Source: Eledone cirrhosa
Lineage: Eukaryota
Direction: 5' to 3'
Length of the DNA: 64,000 nucleotides
Assembly: GCA_964016885.1 (NCBI GenBank)
Contig: OZ024742.1
Span: 172,856,001 to 172,920,000 of the forward strand
Shown here piece after piece: positions 55,946 to 64,000 of the stretch (its first letter is position 1; each line of letters opens with the position of its first letter). The notes under the pieces were generated by a model. It was not told the DNA's origin, did no database searches, and saw only the letters and a program-made list of their open reading frames with translations. Position numbers and translations under genes: made by a program.

Positions 55946-56000
55946 TGTTATATATATTTCGGTGATAACGATTTTGCAACAGCTATGACCTCATCAGACA
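55946..56000 (-). ncRNA. Type I hammerhead with TATATA helix III, intact core
   Basis: TGT-CTGATGA-GGTcATAGC...GTTATcACC-GAAA-TATATA-TA-ACA. Confidence 0.8.
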
Positions 56001-56620
56001 GCTAGAGTGTGAACAGAAAAATAGGCCAGAAACACATAATGATGAAATAAAGCTAACGTCTATTATTACGACGTTTTTATATGGTTAGTGCAGTAATTTG
56101 GAGTTGTTTTCTCAAGGCATCGATAGCATAAATGTATATAAACGCGACAATCTGTTCTTAAGAGAAGGTGATTGGAATTTGAAAAGGGAATTGTATATCT
56201 TTCCCCGTATGCCTTAACTACAGAACATAGTCTAATATCAATGAGAATAAGCCCGCATAATCGACAAAAATGGCATCAGCGCGCATTGGAATCAAAACCA
56301 CACATCTTATTTTAATGGTCGCCTCCCGTCAACTAAAGACACGTGGTTGCTTACATATACATTGCTATTAACTTACAACGTTAATAGTTTGTCACAGATA
56401 GTATGTATGTTTAGTTGTGTGACAAGCGTGTGGGAAAAAAAACTTCAGGTTGCCGGACACAGTAGGAGTTTAATCGATGTACATGAAATATATTCTAACC
56501 AGCTAACTGAAAAGTATGGGCACATTAGAGAAAACTGTATGACTTGCGTATAAATCGCACAGAAGTTCGGAAGATATGCAATTTCTTCGAAGGAACGGAA
56601 GCGAAATAGAGAGAGGGTGA

Positions 56621-56759
56621 GAAGAAGAAGAAGAAGAAGAAGAAGAAGAAGAAGAAGAAGAAGAAGAAGAAGAAGAAGAAGAAGAAGAAGAAGAAGAAGA
56701 AGAAGAAGAAGAAGAAGAAGAAGAAGAAGAAGAAGAAGAAGAAGAAGAAGAAGAAGAAG
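56621..56759 (+). repeat. (GAA)n microsatellite, ~46 units
   Basis: Uninterrupted gaa run. Confidence 0.98.
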
Positions 56760-57220
56760 GTAATGCTACGTATTTCATCAACCTCGAATGGATGAAAGGC
56801 AAATTTGAGCATGCCTAAATTTTTCTCGGAATTATGTTAACTCTTCTGATTAATTCACCATATATATGTATATGTATATAAGGAAAAGAGAGAGTGAGAG
56901 AGAAAGAGAGAGAGACGTATATCCAAATATCAATATATCCATTTAGATAGATATATGCATGCATATATATATAAGAACACACACATACAACACACACACA
57001 CACACTTAGCTATATATGTATATATATCCACGCTCTGAACTTAAATCTCGCCGAGGTCAACCTTGCCTTTCATCCCCACGGAGCCATATCTCTATGCTGT
57101 AAAGCAATTATTATAATACTGGACTGTAACACGAACGGCTTCAACTATACACACTCTTGAAAGTCAACATTTGACATAATCTTGACATAATCTTGTAATC
57201 TTGTATCAGTAATGACGATA

Positions 57221-57327
<107 letters not shown>

Positions 57328-57471
57328 AAGTGAGAAGCGCGTGTGTGTTTGTTTGTATGTATGAGTGTTGCTGTGTGCGCGCGTATGTATGCATGTGTGT
57401 GCGCGCATATGTATGCGCATGTGTGTTTGTCGTACGTATAGGTGTCAATAAGTGAGTTTTTTTCTTTTTTT

Positions 57472-60400
57472 GCGCGGGGACATAGCAATAATCGGGCTGG
57501 ACACCCGATCGCGCAGTTAAACCACTGGGAGTGAAGAACCCCTAGCCCTTGTCAGGGCATTCTTCTAGGAGAAGGCATCTCAGGAAACTGGGTTAACTCC
57601 GACATAAAACCTGCAGCTCAGTAGTTACCGATGATGTTGATCTTTTCTTCTTTTCGGGTTATAGCTACTGTCGCTCAGAGAGTGGGATTGGCTCAGTGCA
57701 CAGTCTTTCCTCACTTTAAAAATATTCGTCACGCACAGGCATTGCACGAGTGCATTAATAATTATTAATAGTGTATTATTATTAGTATTGTTACTATTAT
57801 TATTACTTTTTTTTTTTTTTTTGTTCCAATTCAATGATGTTTCAGAGCAATATAAAAGAGATAATTGGCAATTTAGGTTCTGGAACAAAAAAGATAATTG
57901 GCAGTAAGGGCAGGGGCCCCAGGTTATCACAGCCTCAGCCCACTCGCCATCGTGCCATTGTAACAGAGCCAAAGGCATTTATTATTGGCTGCTGGAACGT
58001 ACGGACGCTGCTTGACAAGGATTGCTTGGAGCGTCCTGAACGAAGGACCGCTCTTGTTGCAAAGGAGCTTCGGCGTTACAATCTTGACATCGTGGCTTTA
58101 TCTGAGACGAGGTTAGCTGGAGATGGTCATCTTACAGAATTTTGTGGAGAATATACATTCTTCTGGAAAGGAAGAGATGAAGGAATCAGAAGAGAGGCTG
58201 TGGTAGGATTTGCTGTTAAGACTGTCTTGTGAATAAATTAGAAGAATTCCCAGTAGGGATTAGTGAGCGCCTTATGTCCAAGAGAATTCCGCTGGACAAA
58301 GGAAGATATGCGACCCTTGTGAGTATGTATGCTCCAACTATGAATTCTGTCGATGAAGAAAAAGTGTCCTTGAAAGGTGTTTTAAGAAATATCCCTCAGG
58401 CAGACAAAGTCATCGTGCTTGGTGACTTTAATGCTAGAGTGGATAGGGATCTTAACACATGGAATGTAATCGGAGGGTATGGGGTGGGGAAGAGTAACAA
58501 CAATGGTAAGGTCCTGCTGCAGATGTGTGAGGAGATGGATCTGTGTGTTACCAACACCATGTTCCAACAAAAGAACAAATTCAAGACCAAATGGATGCAT
58601 CCTGCATCTAAGGAATGGCATCTTGTAGACTACGTCCTAGTCAGGATGCGTGACAGACAGGATGTGCACTGCTCGTGCTCTTCGTGGAGCTGAGGGAAGG
58701 ACGGACCACCGCCTGGTACGCGTAAAAGTCTAACTAATCACTAAACGTAAAATCCGGATCCTAGAGTTGCCCTGGCCAGAATATTGAATGCTGCTTGTCT
58801 TAAAGATAAAAATATGAAGAGGACATTGGAAGAAGAGATGCAGGCTGCAGATCTTGGTGAGGATTGGCCGACCCTTAACAAGTCGGTTAATGATGTAGGC
58901 AGGCGTGTTCTGGGATTGGTGCAGAGAAAACATCAGGACTGGTTTAATGAGAATGATGTATGTACATATAGAAGACTTGTTGGCTGATAAGAGGCGTGCT
59001 CTGTCACGCTATTTGACGGCAAGACCACAGGAGTGGAATACGTTGCATGAGGAACTCAAGGATTTAAAATCACGTGTTAGGCGGAGTCTTTCTCAGATGA
59101 AGGATCAGTGGTGGAGTGAGAAGGCTGGTGAGATACAAACTGCGCCAGATTCTAACAACACAAAGCGGTTGTACAGTCTCTTGCTTGAGGTTTATGGATC
59201 GTCTTCTTCTCTGGTGACACCGCTTCGCAGCAAGGATGGCACAGACCTTCTTCGTGACTCACAAGGAATTCTACGAAGGTGGCAAGACCATTTTGATGAT
59301 CTTTTGAATCAGCCGTCTGTCGTCAGTGAAGATTTCCTCAATCTCATTCCAGAAAGTCCTGTGAAGGTATCTCTCGCAGAACCTCCGACGCTTGTGGGGG
59401 TTGCAGTGGCTATCTCGAAGCTGAACAGTGGAAGGTTTCCAGGTATGGATGGCATACATGCTGAGCTCCTACAATATGGCGGTGAGAGACTCCTGCAACA
59501 TCTTCACTCTTTGTTTGGCAGGATATGGACTAATGAATCCATACCTGAGGACTGGAGAGATGCAGTAATGGTGTTCTAGTACAAGGGAAAGGGTAACAGC
59601 AATGATTGTGGGAACTAAAGGGGTATATCATTACTTTCTGTCGTAGCGAAAGTTTTATGTAGGGTGCTTCTGGACCGTCTGCTGACACACATTGCAGATT
59701 GTCTTCTTCCTGAAAGTCAATATGGTTTTCGTGCTGGACGTGGCACTCCTGATATGATCTTCTCACCTAGACAGCTCCAGGAGAAGTGCATGGAACAAGG
59801 TTTGGATCTGTATCAGGTGTTTGTCGATCTGACAAAAGCTTTCGATACTGTTAACATAGATGCATTATGGAAGGTTCTCCAGAAAATTTGGTTGCCCTGA
59901 TAAGATCCTTGCTTTAGTTAGGTGTTTCCATGACGACATGAAGGCTTGGGATAATGTCGGAGGTAACATGTCGGAGCCTATCTCAGTAAAACATGAAGTG
60001 AAACAGGGGGATATTCCAGCACCGACACTGTTTGCCATATACTTTGCAATGGTTTTCTGTATTGCATTCAGGAATTGCGAGCATGGTGTTTACATCCGAT
60101 ATCGAACCTCAGGCAAAATATTTAACATCAGGCGCTTTGCTGCAAAGACAAAAGTATTTACATCAATCATAAGAGACCTCTTGTATGCAGATGTTTGCGA
60201 TCTTGTAGCGCACACAGAGAGTGATATGGAGCACATTTTGAATGCATTTTCTGACGCTTGCAGAGCCCTAGGATTGACTGTCAGTCTCAAGAAAACCGTC
60301 GTCATGTACCAACCTGCCCATGGTAAGCAGTACACTGAACCAAATATCTATGCGTATGGTAAACTACTAGGAGTGGTTGATTAGTCTGTCTACATGGGAA

Positions 60401-61645
60401 GCACTGTCAATCGATACAGCAAACTTGACAAGTGAAATCTCACTTAGGGTTAGGAAAGCAAGTGATGCTTTTGGAAAGCTAGAAAGGCGACTCTGGGGTC
60501 GGCGAGACATATGCAGGAGGACAAAGGTAAAGGTGTACAAGGTATGTGTGCTCTCTTGTCTTCTTTATGCCTGCGAGACATGGGTCACATATCGACAACA
60601 CCTTAAGCAATTGGAGCGTTTCCATCAGATGTGTCTTAGACAGATCCATGGCGTTCACTGGAGGGATCACATCAGTGATGTCGAGATTTTGTAAGCTTTA
60701 TGTGTGACAGTATAGAAGCTATTGTGCTTAAGCAACGACTCCGTCGGAGTGGTCATCTTACCAGGATGAAGGATTCCAGAATACCAAAACAACTCTTTTA
60801 TGGAGAGTATGTTAAAGGAAAACGACCGCCACATAAACCAAAAAAGAGGTATAATAATTCCTTGATAGCCTCTTTGACAGACGCTAACATCTCTGCTGAT
60901 ACATGGGAAAATATTGCTGCTGATCGTAATAAATGGAGAAAGACTGTATATGAGGGAAAAGTTGCCTTTGAGGCATCTCGAATCGCATACGAGAAAGTAA
61001 AGCGGGATGTGAGGAAGGGCATTGCTGTTGCACTTCCAGACGGCGAGGGTCCGCCTATGGTGCTGACATGCAGCGTTTGTGCGAGACTCTGCCTAAGCAA
61101 AGCTGAACTCGAAAGTCATCTTCGCAGTCATAAAGTAAGACCAGTGGTTGACTACCAGGCTGCTGTTGGAGATGCTACTCATCAGGCTTGCCAAACATGT
61201 GGTACAGAATGTAAATCAGCCGGAGGGCTCAAGCGACATGCAAAAGTACATGAACTCCAACCACAACCGGCTATTCCCAGTGAATGTTTTGGTTGCCGAC
61301 TCTGTGCAAGACATTTCAGATCATTGGCTGGGCTAAAAAGCCACATTCGATCGCAGCGCTGTTAGTTGTTTTTGCGTGTGTCTATAGATATGTTTATGTG
61401 TGTGCGTGTGTGTGTATATATATATATGTATATGTATATTATTATTGCTGTTGTCGTCGTTATTATTATTATTGTTATTAATGTATATCTGTGTATGTAT
61501 ATATATATGTGAGTATATATGTATATGTATGTGTGTATAAGTGTATATATATATTTTATTTATTTATGTTATTTTTTATTTATTTATCAATATTTTTTTT
61601 CTCCTCGTGCAATGGCCATACTCAATAACGAGGGGGCAGCCATCA
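57472..61645 (+). mobile_element. Near-full-length RTE-clade LINE, inactivated
   Basis: RTE-like 5' region (aaccactgggag...ctaggagaagg), single APE-RT reading unit, 3' tail atggccatactcaataacgagggggcagcc followed by (CA)n/(TA)n. Confidence 0.9.
57977..61365 (+). pseudogene. RTE ORF: APE endonuclease, RT and three C-terminal C2H2 fingers
   Basis: GCWNVRTL, ALSETR, YAPT, LGDFNA, DYVL; PESQYGFR, FVDLTKAFDTV, VKQGD..APTLF, LLYADV (YADD mutated); CSVC..H..H, CQTC..H..H, CRLC..H..Q; multiple stops and frameshifts. Confidence 0.93.
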
Positions 61646-61660
61646 TACACACACACACAC

Positions 61661-61796
<136 letters not shown>

Positions 61797-62096
61797 TTAT
61801 TTTATACAGTCTAGCAGAAAGCTGTAAATGACAGTTTTGAAATGAGCAGAAAAGGCATCTTTGTAATCCTTTCACAACGTACGTAGATTATCATTATAAC
61901 TAGTGGCACCAGCCAGTCTGACTGATATCTGTTAAACAGATTCTTCAAGAGAAATTACCTCAATATTGAAATATGCGAGGAAATATTTTGACTAGCATGC
62001 ATTCTCTGATCAATACAATAGATATATCTGTGATGTATGTAACTCTTATTAATGTTGCACATATCGTAAGTAATATAGTTATATAAATACATACAT

Positions 62097-62169
<73 letters not shown>

Positions 62170-62183
62170 TAAATATATACACT

Positions 62184-62257
<74 letters not shown>

Positions 62258-62339
62258 AATATACATAAATGAATATGCGTCTCTTTCTACGTACGTATTC
62301 AAACACAAATACAGATGCGCAGGAACAACCACGCACATA

Positions 62340-62368
<29 letters not shown>

Positions 62369-62374
<6 letters not shown>

Positions 62375-63150
62375 TGAAACAAAATGAAAACGAAATTTCA
62401 TTTCTCACTCTTAGTATGGCACTTACTTAAATGTAAGTATGCATGTATACGTACATACATACATGTATACAGACGTACAGTAGCATGCACATATATATAT
62501 ACATATACATATATACATACATATGCATACAGGTACACATACATATATGCACGTATCAGTTTAGCGGCGCTAACGTCGCTTTGTTCGTTTGTAAACAAAC
62601 TGAACAGCCTGAATTTATGCCATACGGTGTTAAGGCAACCACGTCACCTTTTTGTTCAACACTGACACAGGAACGATGTACTAGTTTCAAGCTTGTTAGC
62701 TATCATCAGCACCGTTTACCCATCTGCCAGATAGTTGAACGTTCGAAAGTATATACTTTCCTTATGAAAATTAACGGCTGAGCAGCCTAATTTGCATATT
62801 GAGTGAGTTAAATCGGTCAGGCATACCGAAAACGATAAATTGAAACAAAATGAAAACGAAATTTCATTTCTCACTCTTAGTATGGCACTTACTTAAATGT
62901 AAGTATGCATGTATACGTACATACATACATGTATACAGACGTACAGTAGCATGCACATATATATATACATATACATATATACATACATATGCATACAGGT
63001 ACACATACATATATGCACGTATCAGTTTAGCGGCGCTAACGTCGCTTTGTTCGTTTGTAAACAAACTGAACAGCCTGAATTTATGCCATACGGTGTTAAG
63101 GCAACCACGTCACCTTTTTGTTCAACACTGACACAGGAACGATGTACTAG
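62369..63150 (-). mobile_element. Family A retrozyme-like element, ~1.7 apparently identical tandem units (466-bp period) within (TA)n
   Basis: Units start at 62369 and 62835; identical ORF-track translations 466 bp apart; no real ORF. Confidence 0.88.
62674..62714 (-). ncRNA. Minimal type I hammerhead, intact core
   Basis: CGGTG-CTGATGA-TAGCTaacaAGCTT-GAAA-CTAG-TA-CATCG. Confidence 0.88.
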
Positions 63151-63330
63151 TATATATATATATATATATCTGTGTGTGTGTGTGTGTGTGTGTGTGTCTG
63201 TGTGTGTCTGTGTGTGTCTGTGTGTGCGTGCGTGTGTGTGTGTGTGCGTGCGTGTGTATGTATATGGGGGCGTAGTGTGGCGTGCCGGTGTGTTTGTACA
63301 TGTAGATATGTTTCATTATTCCAATATACG

Positions 63331-63512
63331 TTGGATTGGCAGTATCGGTAGAGAGTCGGACGCCATGCTTTCCAGCATACTTACGTCCCGTTACGATCTG
63401 AGTTCAAATCCCGCCGAGGTTGACTTTGCCTTTCATCCTTACGGGGTCGATAAAATAAAGTACCAGTATTGCACTGGGTAATTGCTGGCCTTGTGCCTAA
63501 AGTAGAAACAAT
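63331..63512 (+). mobile_element. tRNA-SINE with TSD
   Basis: AT(T/G)ATTCCAATATACGT on both sides; standard boxes and tail. Confidence 0.9.
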
Positions 63513-64000
63513 GATTCCAATATACGTATTTGTGAACGCTGGTATATGTAAATGATTATGAACCACATTGGGCTGTGATCTTCCAGATTCTAATTGCCAA
63601 TGATTCTTCCCTTCCGAACCCTCTTTGGTGTCTTGGGATACAAAATCGTGGTGCGTCCATTCAACGCCTCCTAGGACAGGTCGCATGGAATGGACACTGC
63701 GATATATTTTTTCTAACAGGCCCCTCTCCTAAATACCTGAATGCGTCCCTTGTTAAGGTGCGGTAATGATAATGCGATATGGGCCATTACTCGTCCTGCA
63801 GCTACCAGATTATATCGCAACTAAATATCATCTCTGATCGGTCTATCACTATTTCGAACCTTTGATCCATTCTGTATAACATCTCTGGGGACGAGGAAAT
63901 TTGGCCTAAGATTGTAAAAGCCTTAAGTAGAGAAGTTATTCACTAGCTGACTCATGTTGGCATGGACATCTCCGGTTGGCCTGGATATCTGGAAAAGTAC

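Overview
AT-rich, microsatellite-dense eukaryotic DNA with no intact host gene that I can support. The repeat content suggests a coleoid cephalopod, probably an octopod; this is an inference from recalled SINE motifs, not a search. Recognisable content: two decayed Penelope-like elements (PLE; RT + GIY-YIG) at ~340-1530 and ~38.4-43.8 kb, an RT-less Gypsy remnant bracketed by ~275-bp inverted repeats, a Chapaev3-like DNA transposon with TIRs and a TAA TSD, a near-full-length RTE LINE ending in three C2H2 fingers, and many tRNA-derived SINEs. The main unannotated signal is about 25 type I hammerhead-ribozyme motifs read by eye; 11 have an exact CUGANGA/GAAA/NUH core. They sit in PLE terminal repeats and in several ORF-less, partially tandem or foldback elements inserted in (TA)n, i.e. 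candidate retrozyme-like families. Most families carry their own palindromic helix III. Most ORF-track entries are microsatellite artefacts. All folds and alignments were done by eye.
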